Of a stretch of 53,774 bases of DNA, positions 9,881 to 21,143 are shown one piece after another. Position 1 is the stretch's first letter. Each line of letters starts with the position of its first letter. The notes beneath the pieces were generated by a model, which had not been told where the DNA came from, searched no databases, and saw nothing but the letters and a program-made list of their open reading frames with translations. The DNA is from Porticoccus sp. (lineage in GTDB: Bacteria; Pseudomonadota; Gammaproteobacteria; Pseudomonadales; Porticoccaceae). A program made the translations under genes and the position numbers. The stretch spans positions 1 through 53,774 of the forward strand of contig JBLIJA010000001.1 of NCBI GenBank assembly GCA_047635115.1, read 5' to 3'.

Positions 9881-11364
9881 TGCCCGGCATGCGCCAGCAG
9901 GTACTGTGTCAGCAGGGGCACTGGCCGGCCGGTTGCCCCTTTGTTGTCACCACTGTTCCAAGCGGTACCCGCAATGTCCAAGTGGGCCCATTGATAGTTC
10001 TTGGTAAAGCGACCGAGGAAACAAGCTGCGGTAATAGTACCGGCAGAACGACCACCGATATTTGCCATATCAGCAAAGTTACTTTTAAGTTGTTTGTCGT
10101 ATTCGCTCCACAGTGGTAATCGCCAGACTCTGTCGCCACTCGTTTGGCCAGCAGTTTCGAGTTGAGCTGCCAGCGCGTCATCGTTGCTAAGTACACCGGA
10201 GGCATGGCTGCCCAGTGCCATGACGCAGGCTCCTGTGAGAGTGGCAATATCAATAACACTTTTTGGTTTGTATCGACCAGCGTAAGTCAGTGCATCACAC
10301 AGAATTAGGCGACCTTCCGCATCAGTGTTGAGGACCTCGATCGTCTGACCAGACATACTTTTAACGATATCACCGGGTTTAGTTGCCGTGCCACTGGGCA
10401 TATTTTCAACCGTAGGTATGATGCCGACTACATTGATAGGAAGCTCAGTTTCCACCAAGGTGGTAAATGTTCCGAGTACGCTGGCGGCTCCGCACATGTC
10501 ATATTTCATCTCATCCATGGCTGCGCCAGGTTTTAGGCTGATACCCCCAGAATCAAAAGTGACACCTTTGCCGACCAGTACAATGGGTTTTTCGCTGGGC
10601 TCTCCTCCTCGGTACTCCAGAACAACCATCTTGGCTGGTTCGTCAGTACCGGCGGTCACGGACAAAAGAGCGTTCATGCCAAGCACTTTCATTTGTTTCT
10701 CATTTAGAACCTTGCAGCTGAGCTTGGGGTGCTTTTTGGACAATGTTCTAGCTTGGCTGGCAAGGTAGGATGGAGTGCAGATATTACCCGGTAGGTCTCC
10801 CAGCTCGCGAGCTAGGTTGACGCCGTGAGCTATTGCACTGCCCACGTTAAGTTTTTTCTTTAGTGTGTCGAGCCCCTTTCGAGAAGTGGTTGCCAAGGTG
10901 ACTTGTTTCAATGAGGTTATTTTTTTCTTTTTGGAATTAAAGGGATTGAACAAATATGAGGCTTCTCCCAGCTTGTGAGATAAATGTTGTGCCTGCCATG
11001 CTTCATCACGGCTATCTACCTGAAGGCCGTCTAGTGATACACAAGCCGTATTAATGGGCAGTGTTGTTAATTTTTTGGCAAGTCCAGAAGTGAATTCCAG
11101 AAAAGATTGTTCATTAAGGGTGTTTTTACTGCAACCCAAAATCAGTAGCCGGTCTGCTGCAAGCCCAGTTGGCTCGTTGATTAGCAGAGAGCTGCCGATG
11201 GTGTTTTTGATGTCACCACTTTTCTTGAGTCGAGAAACCAATCCGTCTGTGGCTTCATCAATGGACTGAAGTGTTGAGTTGTCTTCCCCATCACTACCAA
11301 GGGTAATGACAAGGCAATCAGTTTTTTTGGTCAGCAGGTTGCAGGCGATGGCAGTAAATTCCAT
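9877..11364 (-). CDS. pepA: Leucyl aminopeptidase (M17)
   Basis: GKGVTFDSGG, MKYDMCGAA, NTDAEGRL; start MEFT after GGAG RBS. Confidence 0.97.
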   Translation of the reverse strand: MEFTAIACNLLTKKTDCLVITLGSDGEDNSTLQSIDEATDGLVSRLKKSGDIKNTIGSSLLINEPTGLAADRLLILGCSKNTLNEQSFLEFTSGLAKKLTTLPINTACVSLDGLQVDSRDEAWQAQHLSHKLGEASYLFNPFNSKKKKITSLKQVTLATTSRKGLDTLKKKLNVGSAIAHGVNLARELGDLPGNICTPSYLASQARTLSKKHPKLSCKVLNEKQMKVLGMNALLSVTAGTDEPAKMVVLEYRGGEPSEKPIVLVGKGVTFDSGGISLKPGAAMDEMKYDMCGAASVLGTFTTLVETELPINVVGIIPTVENMPSGTATKPGDIVKSMSGQTIEVLNTDAEGRLILCDALTYAGRYKPKSVIDIATLTGACVMALGSHASGVLSNDDALAAQLETAGQTSGDRVWRLPLWSEYDKQLKSNFADMANIGGRSAGTITAACFLGRFTKNYQWAHLDIAGTAWNSGDNKGATGRPVPLLTQYLLAHAGQ

Positions 11365-11477
11365 GATGTCTCCGATTGTTCGCAGGGATAACGCTATACA
11401 AGACAAACTCAGTGTAAATCTGGATAATTGTCTGAATATAAATTTAATACTGCATGAAGCATAACAGGAATACCACA

Positions 11478-12626
11478 TTGCTCATATTTCGTTATATCGC
11501 CCGTGACCTACTGTCCTCAACCTTTGCTGTTTGTACCGTATTGTTGATGGTTGTTGTTAGTGGCCGGTTTGTTAAATACTTGGCCCAAGCTGCGGCGGGG
11601 GAACTGGATGCGGGAATTTTGTTGGCTATTATTGGTTATCGCCTGCCAGGATTTTTAGAGCTGATCTTACCTCTCGCTTTTTTTCTTGGTGTTCTGTTGA
11701 CCTATGGGCGCCTTTATGTTCAAAGTGAAATGACGATAATGACCGCCTGTGGAATGAGCCCTCGCCAATTGGTCATTTATACCATGATCCCTAGTTTGTT
11801 TATTGCCATCTTAGCGGGTTGGTTGAGTCTAGACGTTGGTCCGACTGGCCTACGTAAGGCAGAGGCATTACTGACAGCCCAGAAAGAGCGTGGCGAATTA
11901 GATGGAATGGTGGGAACTCACTTCTACTCACTACAGGGAGGAAAGGCGGTTACTTATGCTGAGAAGGTTAGCAAAGAAGGGAAAATGCGTGACGTATTTA
12001 TGGCTGAAAACAATCCTGATGCTCCGGAAGGCCAGCAATTAGTATTAGTGGTTGCAGAAACAGGGCGCCAGCATCGTTCATCGCCTGACAAGCCAAGTTA
12101 TTTAGTGTTAGAAAATGGTTTTCGAATTCAGGGCGTGCCTGGCAAAGCAGACTATCAGGTAACACATTTCGAGGAGTATGGGCAACGTTTAAGTAAGCCA
12201 AAAAAACACCTGAGTCGGGACACATCAGACACTATGCCCACAGTGGAGTTGATGGCTTCAGATAAGATGGCCCATGTGGCTGCACTTCAATGGCGATTAT
12301 CAGTACCAATTCTGGTTCTGATAATGACATTGATCGCTATCCCCCTCAGTAAAACTAACCCCCGCCAGGGTCGATTTGTCAAAATGCTACCCGCCATATT
12401 GCTCTATATTGTGTATCTTGTGATGCTCAATGGTGCCCGGGGGGCCGTCGAGGACGGAACGCTTTCTCCGCTCATGGGGTTATGGGGCGTTCACGGGTTG
12501 TTCCTGTTAATTGCTCTAGTGTTACTGGGAAGACCAATTATTATCCAGCAGATAATACAGCGGGGATACTCTGAACATAGGGTGTCAAAAATAGTTGTTC
12601 GACTCTTAGGGAATAACAACGGATGA
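11478..12626 (+). CDS. lptF: LPS export ABC transporter permease LptF
   Basis: IFRYIARDL, GRLYVQSEM, NPRQGRF; divergent from pepA; TTG start after AGGA (alternative ATG at 11454). Confidence 0.95.
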   Translation: MLIFRYIARDLLSSTFAVCTVLLMVVVSGRFVKYLAQAAAGELDAGILLAIIGYRLPGFLELILPLAFFLGVLLTYGRLYVQSEMTIMTACGMSPRQLVIYTMIPSLFIAILAGWLSLDVGPTGLRKAEALLTAQKERGELDGMVGTHFYSLQGGKAVTYAEKVSKEGKMRDVFMAENNPDAPEGQQLVLVVAETGRQHRSSPDKPSYLVLENGFRIQGVPGKADYQVTHFEEYGQRLSKPKKHLSRDTSDTMPTVELMASDKMAHVAALQWRLSVPILVLIMTLIAIPLSKTNPRQGRFVKMLPAILLYIVYLVMLNGARGAVEDGTLSPLMGLWGVHGLFLLIALVLLGRPIIIQQIIQRGYSEHRVSKIVVRLLGNNNG

Positions 12627-13684
12627 GACGTTTGTCTGGGTATATCTCTAGGTCTGTTATTGGCGCCATAGCGCTGGTCCTTTTAGTTATTGTGGCATTG
12701 GATTCAATGGGTGCCATTGTCGATGGTGCCAGTGACATCACTAAGGAATATACATTTAAACAAGTAATGATCTATGTGGCTCTGACATTGCCTGCGCGTA
12801 TTTATGAGCATATGCCAATGGCGTGCTTAACGGGTTGTTTGATCGGACTTGGGTCTTTGGCTAATAACTCCGAATTGGTGGTGATGCGCTCCGCAGGAGT
12901 GTCTGTGTTGCACATTGTCTGGCTGGTGCTTAGGCCTATTTTTATGCTGATTATAGTAGGTGTGCTATTTGGTGAATACATAGTTCCCTATACAGATCAG
13001 TATGCCGAGAGTCGCCGAATGCTATTAAAAAGCGGTAAAAGTGCTCAGGAATCGACCAGTGGTTTTTGGAACAAAGAAGGCCGTGAATTTATGCATTTCA
13101 ACGCCGTCTATCCAGGCGGGGTGCTATTTGGTGTGACTCGATACCGTTTTGACGAAAACCACTTTCTACTGGAGTCTAGCTTTTCTGCACGAGCTACCTA
13201 TCAAGGTGGTCACTGGGTTGAAGAGCAAGGCGCTACCACACGTTTTCTGGGAGGTAGTACGGAGGTCGATACGTTTGTTGTCCGTGACTGGGAAACAGAT
13301 CTGTCCCCTGACTTGCTTCGTCTTACTGTGCTACCACCAGAATCATTGGCCATGCGGAGCTTGTATGGCTACAGCAAGTACTTGAAGGACCAGGGCCAGG
13401 ACAACTCTCGTTACAAGTTGGTGTTTTGGGATAAAGCAATGCAGCCTTTGACGATTGTAAGCCTGGTGTTGATTGCTATTTCCTTTGTCTTCGGCCCTCT
13501 TCGGCAAGTCACGATGGGGTACCGTGTATTTGCTGGTGTGGTAGTAGGACTGGTATTTAGCACGAGTCAGGATCTGCTAGGTCCTGCCAGTATGGTATTC
13601 GGATTTTCACCTTTTTTGGCCGTCATATTTCCTGCTTTGGTGTGCTGTGTGATTGGTTTGGTGCTTTTGCGTCGGGCAGCCTGA
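12623..13684 (+). CDS. lptG: LPS export ABC transporter permease LptG
   Basis: LGSLANNSELVVMRSAG, FVFGPLR; overlaps lptF stop. Confidence 0.95.
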   Translation: MRRLSGYISRSVIGAIALVLLVIVALDSMGAIVDGASDITKEYTFKQVMIYVALTLPARIYEHMPMACLTGCLIGLGSLANNSELVVMRSAGVSVLHIVWLVLRPIFMLIIVGVLFGEYIVPYTDQYAESRRMLLKSGKSAQESTSGFWNKEGREFMHFNAVYPGGVLFGVTRYRFDENHFLLESSFSARATYQGGHWVEEQGATTRFLGGSTEVDTFVVRDWETDLSPDLLRLTVLPPESLAMRSLYGYSKYLKDQGQDNSRYKLVFWDKAMQPLTIVSLVLIAISFVFGPLRQVTMGYRVFAGVVVGLVFSTSQDLLGPASMVFGFSPFLAVIFPALVCCVIGLVLLRRAA

Positions 13685-13688
13685 TGAG

Positions 13689-14174
13689 CTAGTTTTTTTC
13701 ACCCTTGTCTGTGCGTACTTTTTTGGGAAGCAGGACGACTTGGGTATTGCTGAACTTATCATGGAGACACTGCCCTTCTTTATCGATCAGACACCAAAGA
13801 TAGCCAATACCCAGTATTATTAATGATAAAGGCGCCAGCAGTGCGCGAAGCCAGCATTCCTGCCAGCTTGGTATTGGATGGTTGCAGCCCTGTAACTGAA
13901 TACGCCAAGACTTCATGCCGAGTGTTTGGCCAGTTCGTCGCCAACACCAAACGTAAAATAGGGCATAACAAAACCACAAACCTATCACAATAATCAGCTG
14001 CGCTAGGTTATGGGGTGCTTCCATGGTGTCATCCCTCAATAATATGCGTAGCAACAAAACGATGACGCCATAGGCAAAACTGATGCCCGTCAGTAGAAAG
14101 GCATCGTAGATCATCGCCATTAGGCGGCGGATCAAATTGGCAGGGGGGTGTGGTTGTGCAGTTTCAATATTCAA
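13689..14174 (-). CDS. RDD family membrane protein
   Basis: RRLMAMIYD, GQTLGMKSW, LHDKFSNT; usual position after lptG. Confidence 0.9.
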   Translation of the reverse strand: MNIETAQPHPPANLIRRLMAMIYDAFLLTGISFAYGVIVLLLRILLRDDTMEAPHNLAQLIIVIGLWFCYALFYVWCWRRTGQTLGMKSWRIQLQGCNHPIPSWQECWLRALLAPLSLIILGIGYLWCLIDKEGQCLHDKFSNTQVVLLPKKVRTDKGEKN

Positions 14175-14512
14175 ACGTAACGCTCTCAGTGGAGGTGTAG
14201 CTAGGTCGATCGGAAGCTCGCGGGTTTAGTCGTACATGAGTACCGGGTTGGTCGGTGATTCTATCAAAGATCTGACAGATTCAGAATTCATAGGTCAATG
14301 CTATTTTACTTCGGCTGAATTGATCCATAGGACATAGTCAACTTCATGCGACATGCTTGCTCTTAACGTGTTCATGGCAGTGATAGTTGCAGCATTTGTT
14401 AAGATCCCGTTAAAAAATTCTTGAAATGCCTTGCTGCCAGAATCGAAAGTTTCATTTTTATGATATGAGATATATAGAAGTTTACAAACATTAGTGGCGC
14501 TAAATTCGGGAC

Positions 14513-14543
14513 AAAAAAAGGCCACCTTAATCAGGTGGCCTTT
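14513..14543 (-). terminator. Rho-independent terminator of the phasin gene
   Basis: AAAGGCCACCT-taatc-AGGTGGCCTTT with U-tract on the minus strand. Confidence 0.8.
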
Positions 14544-14614
14544 AACATCAAACCTGAGGGAAGCGGTTTGAAGTACTAGTTGCGCATGTTGAGCAGAAGG
14601 GTATAAACGTTTAG

Positions 14615-15166
14615 TTACGCAGAAGCTTCAGTCTTTTTTTCGGTAGTTTTACTAGCAGTGGGCGATTTTTTCTTAGGCACTGGCTTCTCTTTAATTTCTA
14701 CAGCTGGGGCGGCTACAGCAGTTGCTGAAAGTTTGGCGACTACATCAATGAGTTCTTCCAGCTTGGTGTTCAGTTCTACTAATTTTTTATCGTTGCTGAA
14801 AGAAGGCATAGTAAGTTTGGATGCCACTTTCTCGCGGATTTCTTCAACACGAGCAGTAATATTTAAGTTGACACCTTCTTCACGAAGATTTTTACCTTGT
14901 GTTTTCAGATTCTCGCCTTTGTTTTTCAGCTTTTGACCCTGTTCTTTCAACTTGTCACCAGTTTTGTCCAGTGTGCTTTTAGCATTAGCTTCGATTTGGG
15001 TGCCTTGATCAACTAGATCATCAAAAAAGTGACGGGTTTTATCATTCATTTTGTCGTAACCATCTTGCATGTTGTTCAGGCCATGGCCGTATGCGCCAAT
15101 TCCAGCAAGCCAGATTTTACGTGCTAGTTCTTCGGTCTTATCAATAGTATTTTTCATGTCAGCCAT
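14615..15166 (-). CDS. Phasin / PHA granule-associated protein (PhaF/PhaI-like)
   Basis: ARKIWLAGIGAY...FDDLVDQG signature; Lys/Ala/Pro-rich tail; heptad repeats. Confidence 0.8.
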   Translation of the reverse strand: MADMKNTIDKTEELARKIWLAGIGAYGHGLNNMQDGYDKMNDKTRHFFDDLVDQGTQIEANAKSTLDKTGDKLKEQGQKLKNKGENLKTQGKNLREEGVNLNITARVEEIREKVASKLTMPSFSNDKKLVELNTKLEELIDVVAKLSATAVAAPAVEIKEKPVPKKKSPTASKTTEKKTEASA

Positions 15167-15311
15167 AGTAGTATCATCCCAATCAGTTGGTTTGGAGTGT
15201 TGGTTTCCTAATATGAGCTAGACAATAAGCAAAAATTTTAGAAAAGGCATACTAATAAAGAGAGTTTTTCAATAAAGATACAATCTCTTCTAAATCTTCA
15301 CTGGGATACTT

Positions 15312-15956
15312 ATGAAGCGACGTGACATGATTTTGGTGGTAAGCCTTAAGCTATTTAATGAAGAGGGGGAGGCCAATCTCACCGCTGTTGATATCGCCAA
15401 TGAATTGGAGATCAGTCCTGGCAACCTCTATTACCATTTTAAGGGAAAGGAAGAACTTGTTGCTGAACTGTATAAGCAGTTTGAGGCAGGCGTTGTTGCG
15501 TTATTGCATTGGACAAACGATGCCCGCGATTCTTTGGAAGAGCAATGGCTTCACTTGTATGTGGTGCTCGAGTATATCTATCTCTATCGTTTTTTCTTTA
15601 GAAATACGACCGATTTGTTACAGAAATATCCGGCGATTGAGGGGCACTTTCGTCGACTTCTTGAGCAGCAATATCAGTCAATCCGCGCCATGTTACACAA
15701 CCTGTTGGAAAAAGGCGTTTTATCGAGTAACTGCTCTGATGAAATAAGAATAGATGAGCTGGCTGATAATATGATGTTGATCTATACGTATTGGTTCGAG
15801 TTTCAAAACCTACGTAAACGGCAATTGAATCAGCACAAGTTTATTCAGGGTGCCATACTTCAAATAATGACCCTGCTGGCACCTTATATGGGAGATATGC
15901 AGCGACAGTTTACAGAGGAGTGCAATGCGCTTTACCAGCGGGATAAACAAGACTAG
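15312..15956 (+). CDS. TetR-family regulator, PhaD-like
   Basis: LFNEEGE...IANELEISPGNLYYHFKGKE HTH and C-terminal QIMTLLAPY resemble PhaD; flanked by PHA-granule genes. Confidence 0.82.
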   Translation: MKRRDMILVVSLKLFNEEGEANLTAVDIANELEISPGNLYYHFKGKEELVAELYKQFEAGVVALLHWTNDARDSLEEQWLHLYVVLEYIYLYRFFFRNTTDLLQKYPAIEGHFRRLLEQQYQSIRAMLHNLLEKGVLSSNCSDEIRIDELADNMMLIYTYWFEFQNLRKRQLNQHKFIQGAILQIMTLLAPYMGDMQRQFTEECNALYQRDKQD

Positions 15957-16082
15957 CATTTGAAAAGCACTGGGCTAGTCGCGAATATTCTCATCGTTTA
16001 GGTAGGTTTACGTTAGGTAAGTAAAGCCACAGCGTATTATTTAGTCACTGCCTTAATAAGGATAACAATAAGGAGAGAGTAG

Positions 16083-16358
16083 GTGAGCCATATAAAGATT
16101 CAAAGAAGTCATAGTATGGATAAGGCCCAATTGCGGGCCATAACGGAGGAACTGGGCCAGAAGTTAAAAGCCAAGTTCGGTGGGGATTATCGCTTGGAAG
16201 GCGACCTGGTTCATTACAAATACAGTAGTGTTGATGCCAAGGTGAGTTTTGATGAGTCGACCGTTGATGTGGATGTAAGGCTGGGCTTGTTGATGATGGC
16301 ATTGAAGGGAATGGTTGAATTAGAAGTAAATAAGTATTTGGATAACCACGTTGTGTGA
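16083..16358 (+). CDS. Polyhydroxyalkanoic acid system protein (PHA_gran_rgn-like)
   Basis: IKIQRSHSM, VDVRLGLLM..LKG.VE.EV..YLD pattern; GTG start after AAGGAG. Confidence 0.8.
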   Translation: MSHIKIQRSHSMDKAQLRAITEELGQKLKAKFGGDYRLEGDLVHYKYSSVDAKVSFDESTVDVDVRLGLLMMALKGMVELEVNKYLDNHVV

Positions 16359-16371
16359 GCGTTTATTGATT

Positions 16372-16648
16372 TGGTACCCGAGACCGGAATCGAACAGTTA
16401 GATTAACTTGTTGTTTTATATTATAAAAATATATCTAATAAGTCTAGATACCCCCAATAATACCCCCAATTAATTCTGTTGCTACCCCTTGAGCTCTCCA
16501 ATGCCTCTCTAATGATTCTAGATGTCAATGGATCACTATAGACAACTGAGCTATAAGTTAAATAATAAATTAAATCATATGCTTACTGTAAATTTAAAGT
16601 TTTTTAAAGGGCCATATTGACAAGTTTGGACTAAAGAAAAATAAGGAG
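16372..16648. mobile_element. Scar of a tRNA-integrated element (att-like duplication, arm-type repeats, no integrase)
   Basis: 16372-16395 matches the tRNA-Leu 3' end at 21/24; tandem ATACCCCCAAT at 16448 and 16460; AT-rich with IHF-like sites. Confidence 0.6.
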
Positions 16649-16735
16649 TGGTACCAGAGGCCGGACTCGAACCGGCACGCTTTTAAGGGCGGGGGATTTT
16701 GAATCCCCTGTGTATACCAATTTCACCACTCTGGC
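16649..16735 (-). tRNA. tRNA-Leu(CAA)
   Basis: GCCAGAGTGGTGAAATTGGTATACAC...GGGGA-TT-CAA-AA-TCCCC, long variable arm, GTTCGAG, encoded CCA; 87 nt. Confidence 0.96.
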
Positions 16736-16746
16736 ACAGGAACGCG

Positions 16747-16774
16747 ATTATAGCAGTGGTCTTTGCATAATCAA
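16747..16774 (-). promoter_or_regulatory. Sigma70 promoter of tRNA-Leu
   Basis: TTGATT-16 bp-TATAAT followed by a GC-rich discriminator just upstream of the tRNA. Confidence 0.7.
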
Positions 16775-16903
16775 GAGGTCAGTTTAGATTGTGTCATTGC
16801 TCTGGACACAATGTCCGGGACAAAGTCCGGGACTGGCCCTGCTTGTTCATTTCTATTACCCTTGCGGCCTTTTCATATAATAGCCAGTGGTCTACAGTCA
16901 GCA

Positions 16904-19118
<2,215 letters not shown>

Positions 19119-19277
19119 TAGGGAAGACCGCCCGCTTGAGATAACCGTAAACGTCCCTAATATAGGAACGAAAAAACAATTATTTACGGTTGGCTCGGTA
19201 AGAATCATGATTTTAAACTTGCTTTAAGCCTATAATGGGCGGCTTTATCGTCCGGGATCCAACATAAGAACAGTCAA

Positions 19278-21134
19278 ATGAATCATTACCCTCTCTGGAA
19301 ATACCTACTTATTCTTCTCGTTATTGCCGTCGGGACTATTTATGCCCTGCCGAACCTCTATGCACCCGACCCTGCAGTACAGGTCTCCGGCCAAAGTAGT
19401 GGTGCCGATATCGGTGAGCAAGTAATTGAGAAGATGACTCGCTCTCTAAAAGACGCTGGGATCGAATATTTTGGCGCCGAAGCCAATGGTGAGAGCGGAC
19501 TTATTCGTCTAAAGAATCGTGAGCAACAATTGCCTGCCAAGCGACTGATTCAGCAAGCGCTCGGCAGCGATTATATTGTGGCGCTCAATCTAGCGCCGAC
19601 TACACCCGATTGGTTGGCAGACTTAGGTGCTTCTCCTATGAAGCTGGGGTTAGATCTCAGTGGGGGCGTCCACTTTTTACTTGAAGTGAACACAGACGAA
19701 GCCATTAGTGCGCGGATGGAAACCATGGTGCGTGAAGTTCGTAGCGCCATGAGAAAAGAAAAGCTGCGTTATAACTCGGTTAAATTGATAGAAAAAAAGG
19801 TCATTGTCAGTACCTTCAAAACGGTAGAAGAGCGGGATCAAGCCAATACGATTCTCCGCCAAAGTTTCCGTGACCTGAGTCGTCAGATTAGTAAAGAAAA
19901 GGATCTTTTTGTGATTCATTCAAAAATGTCTGAGTCATCAATTAGAGAGATTGAGGACTATGCCCTGAAGCAGAACCTCACCACCCTGCGCAATCGGGTG
20001 AATGAGCTGGGCGTCTCTGAGCCCATTGTTCAGCGTCAAGGGCGTAATCGAGTGGTGGTAGAGCTGCCTGGCGTTCAGGACACTGCTGAGGCAAAGCGTA
20101 TTATCGGTAAGACAGCCAATCTGGAGTTTCGGCTTGAGGCTGAATCTGATGCATCTGCCAATCGTGAAAAGTTTGAGTTTAATGACTCCTCATCTCGTCG
20201 CCGAGACGCTTGGCTGGAAAAAACGGTGGTGATCACCGGTGACCATGTTTCTAATGCTGGAACGGGCTTCGATGAAAGTGGGATGCCACAGGTTGATATC
20301 ACACTAGATGGCGATGGAGGTGCTCGGATGCATCGGGTTTCTCGTAAAAGTGTGGGACGTCGCTTGGGTGTGCTCTTTATTGAGTACAAAACTCGTACGG
20401 AATACAGCACTGATGAAAACGGTGAGACGGTAGCGACACCCGTACGCTATGTGGAAAAGAAAATTATCAGCCTAGCTTCGATTCGCAGTGCGCTAGGCGT
20501 GTCCTTTCGAATTACTGGATTAGACAGCCCTAGAGAGGCATCTGAGCTAGCGCTATTGCTTCGGGCTGGCGCATTGGCGGCACCTATGTATTTTGTGGAA
20601 GAGCGCACTATAGGGCCATCTTTGGGCGCTGAAAATATTACATTGGGTATTAAGTCAGTCACTATCGGTATAGTTTTAGTGCTCGCCTTTATGCTTATTT
20701 ATTATCGGGTTTTTGGCATCTTCGCTAACACAGCATTGGCGGTTAACTTGGTGGTGTTGGTGGCGGTTATGTCAATGCTCGGTGCCACTCTCACGCTGCC
20801 GGGTATTGCGGGTATTGTATTGACGGTAGGGATGGCGGTGGATGCTAACGTCTTAATTTTTTCGAGGATTAAGGAGGAGCTTGCAAACGGCCTGCCTCCA
20901 CAATCAGCGATTAATGCGGGGTATGATCGAGCTTTTGTGTCGATTGTTGATGCTAATATCACAACGTTAATCGTGGCAGTGATTCTCTATGCCATTGGGT
21001 CAGGCCCGGTTCAGGGCTTTGCGGTTACGCTATCCATCGGTATTTTGACCTCTATGTTTACGGCCATCGTGGGTACACGAGCGTTGGTGAATTTGACCTA
21101 TGGTGGTCGAACCATCAAGAAAGTGTGGGTTTAG
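19278..21134 (+). CDS. secD: Protein translocase subunit SecD
   Basis: LGLDLSGGVHFL, RVNELGVSEP, GMAVDANVLI. Confidence 0.97.
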   Translation: MNHYPLWKYLLILLVIAVGTIYALPNLYAPDPAVQVSGQSSGADIGEQVIEKMTRSLKDAGIEYFGAEANGESGLIRLKNREQQLPAKRLIQQALGSDYIVALNLAPTTPDWLADLGASPMKLGLDLSGGVHFLLEVNTDEAISARMETMVREVRSAMRKEKLRYNSVKLIEKKVIVSTFKTVEERDQANTILRQSFRDLSRQISKEKDLFVIHSKMSESSIREIEDYALKQNLTTLRNRVNELGVSEPIVQRQGRNRVVVELPGVQDTAEAKRIIGKTANLEFRLEAESDASANREKFEFNDSSSRRRDAWLEKTVVITGDHVSNAGTGFDESGMPQVDITLDGDGGARMHRVSRKSVGRRLGVLFIEYKTRTEYSTDENGETVATPVRYVEKKIISLASIRSALGVSFRITGLDSPREASELALLLRAGALAAPMYFVEERTIGPSLGAENITLGIKSVTIGIVLVLAFMLIYYRVFGIFANTALAVNLVVLVAVMSMLGATLTLPGIAGIVLTVGMAVDANVLIFSRIKEELANGLPPQSAINAGYDRAFVSIVDANITTLIVAVILYAIGSGPVQGFAVTLSIGILTSMFTAIVGTRALVNLTYGGRTIKKVWV

Positions 21135-21143
21135 GAGCTGATC

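Noticed and set aside
14175-14525. 74-aa minus-strand ORF 14301..14525
   Set aside because: Starts inside the terminator hairpin, with no RBS or recognisable motif
16372-16395. Second tRNA gene
   Set aside because: Only the T-arm and acceptor 3' part is present; no anticodon or D arm
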